Shown here piece after piece: positions 43,201-49,654 of a DNA stretch of 49,654 nucleotides. Position 1 is the stretch's first letter, and each line of letters begins with the position of its first letter. This stretch comes from Oscillospiraceae bacterium. GTDB lineage: Bacteria; Bacillota; Clostridia; Oscillospirales; Acutalibacteraceae. Both the position numbers and the translations under genes were made by a program. Below the pieces are notes generated by a model that was not told where the DNA came from, searched no databases, and saw nothing but the letters and a program-made list of their open reading frames with translations. The DNA is taken from the NCBI GenBank assembly GCA_015066575.1, contig SVOD01000002.1:1-49654 (forward strand). The letters run 5' to 3'.

Positions 43201-44370
43201 TACGGTTTGGGTGGAGATGGTTTCGCCTCTGGAAACAAAAGTGATGGTATATTCGGCTGCCTGCACTTGCAGTGCCTCTGCTGCCGCGATGATAGCATCT
43301 TTCTGAGCATCTACAACTGCCTGTTCGGTTCTGCCCTTACCCTGCACATCTTTATTGAGCTCGGTATTCAGAGCAGCCACGGAATCCGCTGTCCAATTTG
43401 TGCCGTTGTCTCTCTTGTTGATTGCCGCTGTTCTGGCAGCATCATACGCTGTATAGTCGGCAGAAACAAAGGTTTCGGTGAACTGGGCAATATAGGTAGT
43501 TGCCGCATAGACCGGACCAAGCGCGGGAGACCATGTGCCGGAGAAGTCGTAATCATAGTTACCGTCTTCATAATGGGACGGGATGGTCGGCGCAGTCGGT
43601 GTGCTGCCTTCGTCAACTTCGATGGTGGTGCTGTCGGTCGTGGTGGGGCTTGTGTTCCAAATAAAGGTCACCTGATGCTTCACAACGGGACCGGGACCGC
43701 CGGTAATTTTAAAGGAAGAGGACGGAGCCGTCGCGGAAAATGCAGTTTCATAGACACCTTCGGTAGAAGCGGAAGCCGTGCAGTTCAAATAACCCAATGC
43801 CGGGCTGAACACGATAGAGGGAACCAGAGAAATCTTACTGGACTCTACCGAAGCTTTTGCTTCAAAACTAACGGTTGCCACCGCTTCGGAGCCTGCCTCT
43901 AAACCATTGAGGTTGAGCACTGCCAAGTTAATGACTGCCGGAGTGGTGAGGTTGCAATAGCCGATGATGTCATCAAATGAACTGGCTGTGAAAGGATCGC
44001 CGCCAATGCCCATGGTTAAGGTGGTGGGGTCAATCTGTGTTGCGGAAGTCGGCTCTAACTGTGAGCTGTAATACTCGTAGCCGTTTTGCAATGTTACGGA
44101 TTTAAAATCAAGAACACTGCTGTCAAACACAATAAAGCCCTGATAACCGATAACGGAATCATTGGGGTGATTGAGATTGATTGTTGCTGTCACGGTGTCG
44201 CCAACAGCAAAGGTGTTGCCGCTCACGCTGACAGTGGACTGGACTCTCAGTGCATTGTTGGGACCGTTGCGGTCGTAGCCGGTGTAAGCAAAAGCGCTTA
44301 CAGCAAAACAGCTCAACGCCAACAGGACGCTCAACAAAATGCAAAGAGCTTTCTTCATTTGTTTCGCCAT
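40273..44370 (-). CDS. Large secreted modular protein: 2 cohesin-like modules, 7 Flg_new-type repeats, ~5 FIVAR-like helical modules, Cna-B-like domain, C-terminal dockerin
   Basis: The product is 1365 aa, with RBS AAGGAGAG and signal peptide MAKQMKKALCILLSVLLALSCFAVSAFA. Two homologous beta-rich modules share the signatures INLNHPNDSVIGYQGFIVFDSSVLDFKSV and VYLNHPVDTVDGIMLATLYDAQAMTFKSA. There are seven Y.(I/V)TF...GW.P...TY.A.Y repeats. Helical modules include ADKTTLKQLIDEAQALDPDKYTDFSDVTAALATANTVYNDDNATNEEVASAITTLRSALNAL. The C-terminus is a dockerin. Confidence 0.8.
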   Translation of the reverse strand: MAKQMKKALCILLSVLLALSCFAVSAFAYTGYDRNGPNNALRVQSTVSVSGNTFAVGDTVTATINLNHPNDSVIGYQGFIVFDSSVLDFKSVTLQNGYEYYSSQLEPTSATQIDPTTLTMGIGGDPFTASSFDDIIGYCNLTTPAVINLAVLNLNGLEAGSEAVATVSFEAKASVESSKISLVPSIVFSPALGYLNCTASASTEGVYETAFSATAPSSSFKITGGPGPVVKHQVTFIWNTSPTTTDSTTIEVDEGSTPTAPTIPSHYEDGNYDYDFSGTWSPALGPVYAATTYIAQFTETFVSADYTAYDAARTAAINKRDNGTNWTADSVAALNTELNKDVQGKGRTEQAVVDAQKDAIIAAAEALQVQAAEYTITFVSRGETISTQTVTAGEMPAIPTVSGYEDDAKIYTFSGWSPAVGPAAGDTTYTAKFDETWKNYDITFNWAGGSEVVHAHWGDTPQAPTVSDYEDDIYTYTFTGWNPALAPCAGNATYDAVYSQEFKTYTVTFINENQVYDTRDYHYGDTLIQPDNPTKPADNTYTYTFTGWTPSVPATVTASATYTAQYRQDYINYTITFVGHDGVISTDTYHYGDNVSVPTVPGYEDDTYTYTFSNWDKEVTTVQGDTTYTAQYSNEYKNYTITFEWVGGSQDVSTHWGDMPDTSSITVPSYEEGGKTYSFIGWNPAVVPCAGNTTYTAQYSSEDIYYDITFIIEGVSQTQSVKANTMPDVPELVDHADPTDGDYQITFTGWDKAPAVATESTTYTALYTRDFVAADYSAVTIAQAAAAEINRDLYTDASLAVLDGALNAVVEGLGRTHQVEVDTMAADIEAAISALEYKPADYSAYNAAVEALQAELQKDDYTPDSIALVTQELADIDNALDKELKIIDQATVDNAKTAVEGLWDHLVVKADKTTLKQLIDEAQALDPDKYTDFSDVTAALATANTVYNDDNATNEEVASAITTLRSALNALVKKDADYTAWDALEAQFNNLPKQYYTSDSVAAVQAVLDMVQRGQDIDYQPTLDALTSDLQAAINALELTTSWAGETDWEGVDHEYFYSNLEYVQEVDEQDPTNIVVKVYLNHPVDTVDGIMLATLYDAQAMTFKSAEINNGTAIYTETMDAAFNPADYGLDAMGKAGILKIAADFDAALAPTEASRDLVATLTFTATGAASTSYIKNAPLAANTEAGHSVYSAIINDTTEAFMHSDPADLLLAEVQTGTVTGALTGDNMSADILLTLSDGTNEYTASAKGKACDYSFENVLPGTYTMTIASAGSLGYTVYNVVVEAGAVKEIPSINLLYGDCDNNGVISGQDIAALFTEYGQEVAPNNYCDVDGNGTVTGQDLGIILLSSHYGMDSSTQVMTLD
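40276..40485 (-). other. Dockerin module of the 1365-aa protein
   Basis: The sequence is INLLYGDCDNNGVISGQDIAALFTEYGQEVAPNNYCDVDGNGTVTGQDLGIILLSSHYG. It is about three-quarters identical by eye to the dockerin at 39073-39279. Confidence 0.75.
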
Positions 44371-44488
44371 AAAAATCTCTCCTTTTCAACAATATGGGCG
44401 CATATAATTTCGGTCTTTTGAGTATTTGCGCGCAATATATAATACAAAAGAGCGCAAAATGCCCATAGACTACCTGTTATACAAAAAT

Positions 44489-44517
44489 ATTTTAGCAGAC
44501 CGACCGCCCAAAGTCAA
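44489..44517 (-). promoter_or_regulatory. Candidate promoter of the surface-protein locus
   Basis: On the minus strand, TTGACT (44517-44512), 17 nt, TAAAAT (44494-44489). This gives a ~110-nt leader before the ATG at 44370. Confidence 0.5.
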
Positions 44518-44699
44518 TTACTTTATATAAAAAGAACCCGTAAAATTTCACGAATTTTACACACAAATTTAGACAATGTGTACAAGCGCCTTTTTTTGGC
44601 ATTTTTTTCTTGTGCAAAAGGTAGAATTTTTTACAACTTTTATGTGCTGGTTGCACAAATAATTAATTAACTTTTTTAAGTTTTTCCGCGCTTTGAAAG

Positions 44700-44945
44700 C
44701 CTGTTTTTTGCATGATTTGAGCCCGCCTGCGTTAAGGGTTCTCACCGTGGCAAATGCTGCGGATACCTCGAAACCGATGCGTAAATGCCGCCGTTTTTCG
44801 TTTGCGTTGGCAAACAGCGCAGCGAAGCTGTCTCGCGGCAAAACCATATCGCATTTGCTTTTGCAAATATACCGCGCAGTGCGCAGCACTGCCTTCTCAT
44901 CGGGTGCGGTGTTCCCGCCCTATCATTGCCTTGCCAAACTGCGCG
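44700..44945. repeat. GC-rich hairpin cluster related to the intergenic element family (copy I, no tandem-repeat arms)
   Basis: It contains atcgggtgcggtgttcccgccct (44899-44921), the reverse complement of the gggcggga-cacc-gcacccgat core seen at 17433 and 47527. It also has several 5-7 bp GC hairpins with 3-4 nt loops (tgcgc-aac-gcgca, gcagtgc-tgc-gcactgc, tttgc-aaaa-gcaaa). The overlapping ORFs on both strands are non-coding in appearance. Confidence 0.5.
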
Positions 44946-44951
44946 TTGCGC

Positions 44952-44985
44952 AAAAAAAAATCCGCCGAGGCTTTGCTCGGCGGAG
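44952..44985 (-). terminator. Rho-independent terminator of the rpsF-ssb-rpsR operon
   Basis: The minus-strand RNA is UCCGCCGAG-CAAAGC-CUCGGCGGA followed by U9, 9 nt after the rpsR stop. Confidence 0.85.
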
Positions 44986-44993
44986 ATTCTTTA

Positions 44994-45236
44994 TTAGTCA
45001 TTAATATACGGCATTAAAGACATATATCTTGCTCTTTTAACAGCAGTAGTCACCATTCTCTGGTGCTTTGCACAGGTGCCGGTTACGCGGCGAGGCAAAA
45101 TCTTTGCTCTCTCGGAAACGTATCTGCGCAGTTTTGCTGTATCTTTATAATCGATATAGTCAACCTTATCGACACAGAAAGCGCAGACTTTTCTTCTGCC
45201 CTTTCCGCCCGGTCTGCGGTTCTTATCGTAAGCCAT
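44994..45236 (-). CDS. rpsR: 30S ribosomal protein S18
   Basis: The 80-aa product contains [17 protein letters not shown]...[25 protein letters not shown]..., a canonical S18 sequence. Confidence 0.95.
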   Translation of the reverse strand: MAYDKNRRPGGKGRRKVCAFCVDKVDYIDYKDTAKLRRYVSERAKILPRRVTGTCAKHQRMVTTAVKRARYMSLMPYIND

Positions 45237-45263
45237 GGTTATTCTCCTTCCAAATGTAGTCGC

Positions 45264-45713
45264 TTAGAACGGTAAATCGTCCTCCGCATCACCCGTTACG
45301 GTAAAATCGGAAGCATCGGCACTCGCATAGGAAACGGGGGCTGCCTGTGCAGCCGGCTGTGCGGGCGTATATGTGCCGCCGTGGTTTTCTTCGGCAGCGC
45401 GCTTGCTCTCGGCAAAATACTGCTGCGAAACAACCACTTCCGTCGCCTTTCGGTTGTTGCCGTTTTTATCCTGATACTGGCGGGTTTGCAATGAACCTGT
45501 CACCACAATGAGCGAGCCCTTCTTGAAATACTTACCGATAAAATCGGCATTATTTCTCCACGCTACGCAATCAATCCAGTTAGGTGCATCGCCGTCTCTT
45601 TTAAAATCTTTGTCGTTGGCAATGGTGAATGAGCAAACGGAAACACCGTTGGGTGTTTGTCTGACTTCCGGGTCAGCGGTCAATCTGCCCATAACGGAGA
45701 TATTATTTAACAT
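45264..45713 (-). CDS. ssb: Single-stranded DNA-binding protein
   Basis: The 149-aa product has an OB-fold N-terminus (MGRLTADPEVRQTPNGVSVCSFTIA), a Gly/Ala/Pro-rich tail and the C-terminal acidic tip DDLPF. Its ATG overlaps the rpsF stop (TAATG). Confidence 0.93.
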   Translation of the reverse strand: MLNNISVMGRLTADPEVRQTPNGVSVCSFTIANDKDFKRDGDAPNWIDCVAWRNNADFIGKYFKKGSLIVVTGSLQTRQYQDKNGNNRKATEVVVSQQYFAESKRAAEENHGGTYTPAQPAAQAAPVSYASADASDFTVTGDAEDDLPF

Positions 45714-46000
45714 TATTTTTCCTCCTTGTTCACAATCATTGCACGCAATGCGCCGTCGGTAATACCGAATACACGGTGGAATTCGGTCGGGAATGACGGT
45801 TCTGCTTCGAAGTTTGCAAGCACATAGTAGCCGTCCGGCTCATCGTTGACAGGATAAGCGAGTTTGCGCTTCCCCCATACATCGACTTCGCCAAGAGTGC
45901 CATTGCTTGAGATAAGCTCTAAAAACTTATCTTTCAAAGCTTCGCTTGCCTCCTCACCGTCTTTGACGGAGAAAAGCATGAGAACTTCATAATTTGACAT
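45713..46000 (-). CDS. rpsF: 30S ribosomal protein S6
   Basis: The start MSNYEVLMLF is at 46000, with RBS GGAGG upstream. The supplied ORF extends to 46024. The product is 95 aa and S6-like (...WGKRKLAYPV...GYYVL.NFE). Confidence 0.92.
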   Translation of the reverse strand: MSNYEVLMLFSVKDGEEASEALKDKFLELISSNGTLGEVDVWGKRKLAYPVNDEPDGYYVLANFEAEPSFPTEFHRVFGITDGALRAMIVNKEEK

Positions 46001-46089
46001 TCTTTGACACCTCCTTTTGGTCATTTGGGCGTGGCTTTTTCACGCCAAGGAGAACTTTCCATTTGAAAGTTCAAAAATTAAGCTTTTTT

Positions 46090-46118
46090 ATTTTAACAGC
46101 CGACAGCCTGTTTGTCAA
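46090..46118 (-). promoter_or_regulatory. rpsF operon promoter
   Basis: On the minus strand, TTGACA (46118-46113), 17 nt, TAAAAT (46095-46090). This gives a ~85-nt leader containing two hairpins. Confidence 0.6.
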
Positions 46119-46204
46119 CTGTTAATTTATATTAAAGTTATCAGTTTTAGCTTTTCTGCTCCTGAGTTGTGCCAACCGAAAAGCGGAAAAGTAACCAAAC
46201 CCGA

Positions 46205-46276
46205 ATAGAGCAAAGCGCAACAAGTGCGAATGTATTGCCCTCACTGATTCACTCTTACCTCTTACGTATCACTTAC
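46205..46276. repeat. Partial member of the intergenic element family (copy H)
   Basis: The core atagagcaaagcgcaacaagtgcgaatgtattgccct (46205-46241) is ~85% identical by eye to 8730-8766. As in copy A, a short-unit repeat arm follows it (cactgattcactcttacctcttacgtatcacttac). Confidence 0.65.
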
Positions 46277-46315
46277 AGCACTACGCGCTGCTGTTGCGCA
46301 TTTTGCATTCATTTG

Positions 46316-47371
46316 TCAGCCGCCGAATGTCGACATAATCATTGCCACAAACTGTTCAATTGCCATTTTCGCAAAATAGCCGATAAAAATGCCGAAAATG
46401 CTGACGCCTCCGCGCGCAAGCAGGTTGAGCCGATATTCGCTTTTGCTCATGCCGCCTAAAATTTCGGCGCTGTTTTTCATACGCTTTATCGTATCGCCGC
46501 AGTGTTTGAGGTACAGCCACTCAAAGAGCAGTGCACAGGCAAGATGCGCCGTTAACACACTGCCGAAAAGCATCATATAAATCTGTTTGGTAACACCGCT
46601 TGTATTCATTTCCAGCGCGGTCGCTTCAAGCACCTTCATATACTCTTCCTGCGTGGGGTTGTCGGACTCAATAGTCGCGTTGTATTGCTGCGATAAAATT
46701 TGGTTGGTCTTGGTCACCGGGTCACCCAGCGCAAAGTTTAAGACATTGAGCAGCAGCACCTGCGCCATAATCACAATAATGCCGTATTTATACATCTTGC
46801 GAAAAAAGAAATACAGGTAACCGAAAAAGAGTGCCGGCCAGTTCCAGCCGAGCTTGAGCTTTCTGTCGGCGGTTTTCTTTAATTTCGGCAGCACTTTTGC
46901 GGAATTGTTTCTGACAACAAGTGCCATATCCGCCACCGTTTCACCGGCGATGGTTTCTTCCGGCGCCATGCCCGCAAGCGGGTCTACCTGCGCATATTTC
47001 GGGTTGTGCTTCGTCACGGGGTCACCCTGTTTGTGGGCGCAGTAAACGCAGTATTCATTGCCATCGACCAATTTCGCACCGCAGTTTTCGCAGTACCCTG
47101 CTTCGGCGGTAGGGGCGGGCGGCACCTGCTCTTGCTTTTGTTGTGCCATTTCCGCCCGAATTTCGCCCACAAAATCTTCATCCGCTACCGGCGCGGTTGC
47201 CTCGTCTTTCGCGTAAAGGTACCCGCCGGCGTGCTCGGCTTTGTGGGCGCACTCTCCGTGCTTGTCCCAACACGCGCGATGATACGGCGCGCCGCAATCG
47301 GGGCACACGACAACATCATCATTTTTCGCAAACGGCTCGCCGCAATAATCACAGGTTTTATTTTCAAACAT
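46316..47371 (-). CDS. Double zinc-ribbon + DUF2628-like multi-TM membrane protein
   Basis: The start MFENKTCDYCGEPF... is at 47371, with RBS AGAGG upstream. The supplied ORF extends into the repeat element at 47476. The motifs CDYC...CPDCG and CENCG...CVYC are followed by four hydrophobic helices. Confidence 0.6.
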   Translation of the reverse strand: MFENKTCDYCGEPFAKNDDVVVCPDCGAPYHRACWDKHGECAHKAEHAGGYLYAKDEATAPVADEDFVGEIRAEMAQQKQEQVPPAPTAEAGYCENCGAKLVDGNEYCVYCAHKQGDPVTKHNPKYAQVDPLAGMAPEETIAGETVADMALVVRNNSAKVLPKLKKTADRKLKLGWNWPALFFGYLYFFFRKMYKYGIIVIMAQVLLLNVLNFALGDPVTKTNQILSQQYNATIESDNPTQEEYMKVLEATALEMNTSGVTKQIYMMLFGSVLTAHLACALLFEWLYLKHCGDTIKRMKNSAEILGGMSKSEYRLNLLARGGVSIFGIFIGYFAKMAIEQFVAMIMSTFGG

Positions 47372-47442
47372 ACAAATTACCTCTGTAATAGAATAAGTAA
47401 ACAACATTATACACTGCCGCGCAGAAAAAATCAACACCTCGA

Positions 47443-47687
47443 CAAATAAGGTTTGTCGAGGTCTGCGACCTCGCAAATTCTTATTTGAAGCCTATTAGCA
47501 GTTAGCATATTGGCATATTAGCGAATGGGCGGGACACCCGCACCCGATTATATTGTTCCTACGCCGCTTGCGGCTTATAATGGGTAAGGGCGGAGCCCTT
47601 CCTTTCGCTAACGGCTAATTTGCTAATTTGCTAACCGCTGACAAATAAGGGTTTGTCGAGCGAACAGCTCGCCAAATCCTTATTTGT
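47443..47687. repeat. Composite palindromic intergenic element, copy D
   Basis: Outer hairpin: caaataaggtttgtcgaggtc-tgc-gacctcgcaaattcttatttg (47443-47487). Left arm: 47488-47526. Core: gggcgggacacccgcacccgat (47527-47548). Inner hairpins: gccgc-ttg-cggc and aagggc-gga-gccctt. Right arm: tcgctaacggctaatttgctaatttgctaaccgctg (47605-47640). Second outer hairpin: acaaataagggtttgtcgagc-gaac-agctcgccaaatccttatttgt (47641-47687). Confidence 0.9.
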
Positions 47688-47688
47688 A

Positions 47689-47717
47689 TTGCTTTTTTTC
47701 CCGCTTTAGTATATAAT
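47689..47717 (+). promoter_or_regulatory. Candidate prfB promoter
   Basis: TTGCTT (47689-47694), 17 nt, TATAAT (47712-47717). Confidence 0.5.
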
Positions 47718-47747
47718 CTCATTCGAAATATATTCCGAGGTATGGTT

Positions 47748-48863
47748 ATGTTACAATATGAAGAATTAAAATTTGAGCTCAAGCAGCAGCTGCCGGCTTT
47801 GGAAGAGTTGGCGGATGCTTTAAATCTCGACGGCTTGCGGCAAGAGGAAAACACATTGCAGGCGCAGTCTGCCGAACCCGGGTTTTGGGATGATATCGAA
47901 AACAGCCAAAAGGTGCAAAAGCGCCTGAGCGAAATTCAATCCAAACTCAAAAAATACGCGGCATTGCAGGCAAAATATGACGATGCGATGGCAATGATTG
48001 AGTTGGCGGATGAAGCAGAGGATTTAAGCTTTGAGGAAGAATGTAAAGAGAGCATAGAAGACTTTAAAACCGCTCTGGAGGACATGACCCTGCTGACTCT
48101 TTTGACCGGCGAATATGACTCCAAAAACGCCATTATCAAATTTTCTCCCGGTTCGGGCGGCACCGAGGCGCAGGATTGGGCGCAAATGCTCTTAAGGCTT
48201 TACACACGCTGGGGCGAACGCCACGGCTACAAGGTCACCACACTCGATTACCTCGACGGGGATGAGGCTGGCATCAAAAGCGCCACCATTCTTATTGAGG
48301 GCGAAAATGCCTACGGCTACCTCAAAGGTGAACACGGTGTTCACCGCTTGGTCAGAGTTTCTCCCTTTGACGCGGCGGGCAGGCGCCACACCTCTTTTGC
48401 GGCGCTGGAAGTGATGCCGGAAATTGACGATTCGGTCGAAATCGACATCAGCCCCGACGATATCAAACTCGATTACTACCGCGCTTCGGGCGCGGGCGGA
48501 CAGAAGGTCAACAAGACTTCTTCCGCCGTACGCATGACGCATATCCCCACCGGCATTGTGGTTTCCTGCCAGGTCGAGCGCAGCCAGCACCAAAACCGCG
48601 AGGTGTGCATGAAAATGCTCAAGGCGGAACTGGTGCGGCTCAAGGAAGAGCAACAGGCGGAAAAGATTAGCGACATCAAGGGCGACCAGCGCGAAATCAC
48701 GTGGGGAAGCCAAATTCGCTCCTATGTTTTTATGCCCTACACCCTCGCAAAAGACCACCGCACGGGCTATGAATACGGCAATATTAACGCGGTGATGGAT
48801 GGGGATATTGACGGCTTTATTAACGCCTATCTCAAGCAAAATTCGCAAAAAGAAAACGCATGA
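47748..48863 (+). CDS. prfB: Peptide chain release factor 2 (single in-frame ORF, no programmed frameshift)
   Basis: The ATG at 47748 has GAGG 7 nt upstream. The supplied start is 47742. The SPF motif (RVSPFDAAGRRHTSFA) and the GGQ motif (SGAGGQKVNKTSSA) are present. The region where many bacteria have CUU UGA C reads AAT CTC GAC GGC in frame. Confidence 0.93.
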   Translation: MLQYEELKFELKQQLPALEELADALNLDGLRQEENTLQAQSAEPGFWDDIENSQKVQKRLSEIQSKLKKYAALQAKYDDAMAMIELADEAEDLSFEEECKESIEDFKTALEDMTLLTLLTGEYDSKNAIIKFSPGSGGTEAQDWAQMLLRLYTRWGERHGYKVTTLDYLDGDEAGIKSATILIEGENAYGYLKGEHGVHRLVRVSPFDAAGRRHTSFAALEVMPEIDDSVEIDISPDDIKLDYYRASGAGGQKVNKTSSAVRMTHIPTGIVVSCQVERSQHQNREVCMKMLKAELVRLKEEQQAEKISDIKGDQREITWGSQIRSYVFMPYTLAKDHRTGYEYGNINAVMDGDIDGFINAYLKQNSQKENA

Positions 48864-48875
48864 CACGCACCTTAC

Positions 48876-48913
48876 AACCGCGGCTTTCTCCTATGGAAAG
48901 CCGCGGTTTTTTT
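48876..48913 (+). terminator. Rho-independent terminator of prfB
   Basis: aaccgcggctttc-tcctatg-gaaagccgcggtt is followed by T-rich ttttttt. Confidence 0.85.
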
Positions 48914-49031
48914 GCGCTTTGGTTATGAAGTATTTTCAAATATAGTTGAGATTTTCTCATATAAATTTCTAACAAAATAACCAATATTTTTTTGAAACTT
49001 TAGCGCACCCGCCAAAGTTTTCCCGGTGTAA

Positions 49032-49060
49032 TTGACTTTAACTCAATGTGTACATATAAT
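49032..49060 (+). promoter_or_regulatory. Near-consensus promoter of the small helical-protein gene
   Basis: TTGACT (49032-49037), 17 nt, TATAAT (49055-49060). Confidence 0.6.
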
Positions 49061-49112
49061 ATAGACGTAAAAAAGTATCTTATGAAATTTTATGAAAGGA
49101 GTAATTGCCCTT

Positions 49113-49355
49113 ATGAAAGCTGCAAAATTAATCGCTAACTGGATTGCTAAGGAGTATGAGAAATACGGCGACAACAAGACTGTTGCTCTTATTTCCAAGT
49201 ACTTAACTCCTTCCGTTGCAGAAGCTATCCTTAAGTTCCTTATCCAAAAGGGTCTTCAGGCTCTCTGCACTTACCTTGCTGCTCAGTTCCCGGTACTTGC
49301 TGTATTGGCAGGCCCCGTTGGCACTATCATCTCCAAGGTTCTCGCTGCTCTTTAA
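49113..49355 (+). CDS. Small (80 aa) Lys-rich, amphipathic/hydrophobic helical protein of unknown function (bacteriocin-like is speculative)
   Basis: The ATG at 49113 has AAGGAG 11 nt upstream. The supplied start at 49092 has no RBS. The translation is MKAAKLIANWIAKEYEKYGDNKTVALISKYLTPSVAEAILKFLIQKGLQALCTYLAAQFPVLAVLAGPVGTIISKVLAAL. Codon choice (GCT, CTT, AAG, TCC) matches the ribosomal-protein and surface-protein genes in this window. The gene has its own promoter and terminator. Confidence 0.6.
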   Translation: MKAAKLIANWIAKEYEKYGDNKTVALISKYLTPSVAEAILKFLIQKGLQALCTYLAAQFPVLAVLAGPVGTIISKVLAAL

Positions 49356-49545
49356 TCTTCAACGATTAGAAAAGCGCAAACTGCAATACTAAAATTTTAG
49401 TATGAGCCGAAGTCCCTATAACATTCGGCTGATTTGCGAATAAAACCCCGGTCGGGAACATTCGCACCCGACCACCCTATTATCGCTTATATATTACAGT
49501 AATGAAAAATAAATAAGCACAATTACCCAACTCATAAGATACCTT

Positions 49546-49575
49546 CTCCCGCTGCTTCGGCAGCGGGAGTTTTTT
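49546..49575 (+). terminator. Rho-independent terminator
   Basis: ctcccgctgc-ttcg-gcagcgggag (UUCG loop) is followed by T6. Confidence 0.8.
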
Positions 49576-49578
49576 CGA

Positions 49579-49654
49579 CAAATAAGGATTTGTCGAGGTC
49601 TACGACCTCGCAAATTCTTATTTGAAGCCTATTAGCAGTTAGCATATTGGCATA
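49579..49654. repeat. Composite palindromic intergenic element, copy E (truncated by window end)
   Basis: The 76 nt differ from 47443-47517 by one 1-nt indel (aaggAtttg vs aaggtttg) and one substitution (gtctAcgac vs gtctGcgac). Confidence 0.9.

Noticed and set aside
44569-45017. Five overlapping 70-106-aa ORFs on both strands between rpsR and the surface locus.
   Set aside because: They overlap each other mutually, have no RBSs and give Arg/Ala/Cys-rich translations. The interval contains the rpsR terminator, a GC hairpin cluster related to the repeat family and promoter DNA.
47823-47834. I looked for a programmed +1 frameshift site in prfB (CUU UGA C).
   Set aside because: The corresponding position reads AAT CTC GAC GGC (N-L-D-G) in a single continuous ORF, so this prfB belongs to the minority without autoregulatory frameshifting.

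Overview
This 49.65-kb chromosomal window reads like a Gram-positive Clostridia gut anaerobe of Oscillospiraceae/Ruminococcaceae type. That placement is an inference from gene content and GGAGG-type RBSs, since there is no rRNA or tRNA here to anchor taxonomy. I call 35 protein genes. The housekeeping backbone is amidohydrolase, AlaX-type editing protein, type III glutamine synthetase, cysK, rlmD, glmS, aldose 1-epimerase, an S1-domain protein, DUF951-prfA-(tsaC/sua5::coaE fusion)-M18 aminopeptidase, rpsF-ssb-rpsR and prfB. Five blocks stand out. (1) 305-8544: a non-canonical Dlt-like operon with a DltA homolog, a fold-type III PLP decarboxylase, a carrier protein and two tandem MBOAT + SGNH/DltD-like pairs. 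(2) 15254-17313: a consensus promoter and cobalamin riboswitch driving a DUF4430 lipoprotein plus a cell-wall-anchored all-helical protein, which I read as a split transcobalamin-like B12 capture pair. (3) 30461-44517: a highly expressed surface-protein locus with two dockerin-bearing proteins, a sortase-anchored partner carrying the matching cohesin-like module, and a 1696-aa wall-anchored protein. The cargo is Listeria-Bacteroides (Flg_new-type) repeats and FIVAR-like helices, with no recognisable enzymes. (4) A family of 180-300 bp composite palindromic intergenic elements, with at least 9 full or partial copies. Their outer hairpins share an AAATAAGGATTTG box that often contains the stop codon of the flanking gene. 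Their arms are short tandem repeats that differ between copies but are complementary within a copy. (5) 10982-11653: a four-helix-bundle (23S rRNA IVS / Avd-like) gene bracketed by ~60-bp direct repeats, with a phased TCGATAT motif array. I saw no CRISPR array, tRNA/rRNA, transposase, integrase or recognisable defence genes. All similarity statements are by-eye alignments, and no database search or folding computation was possible.
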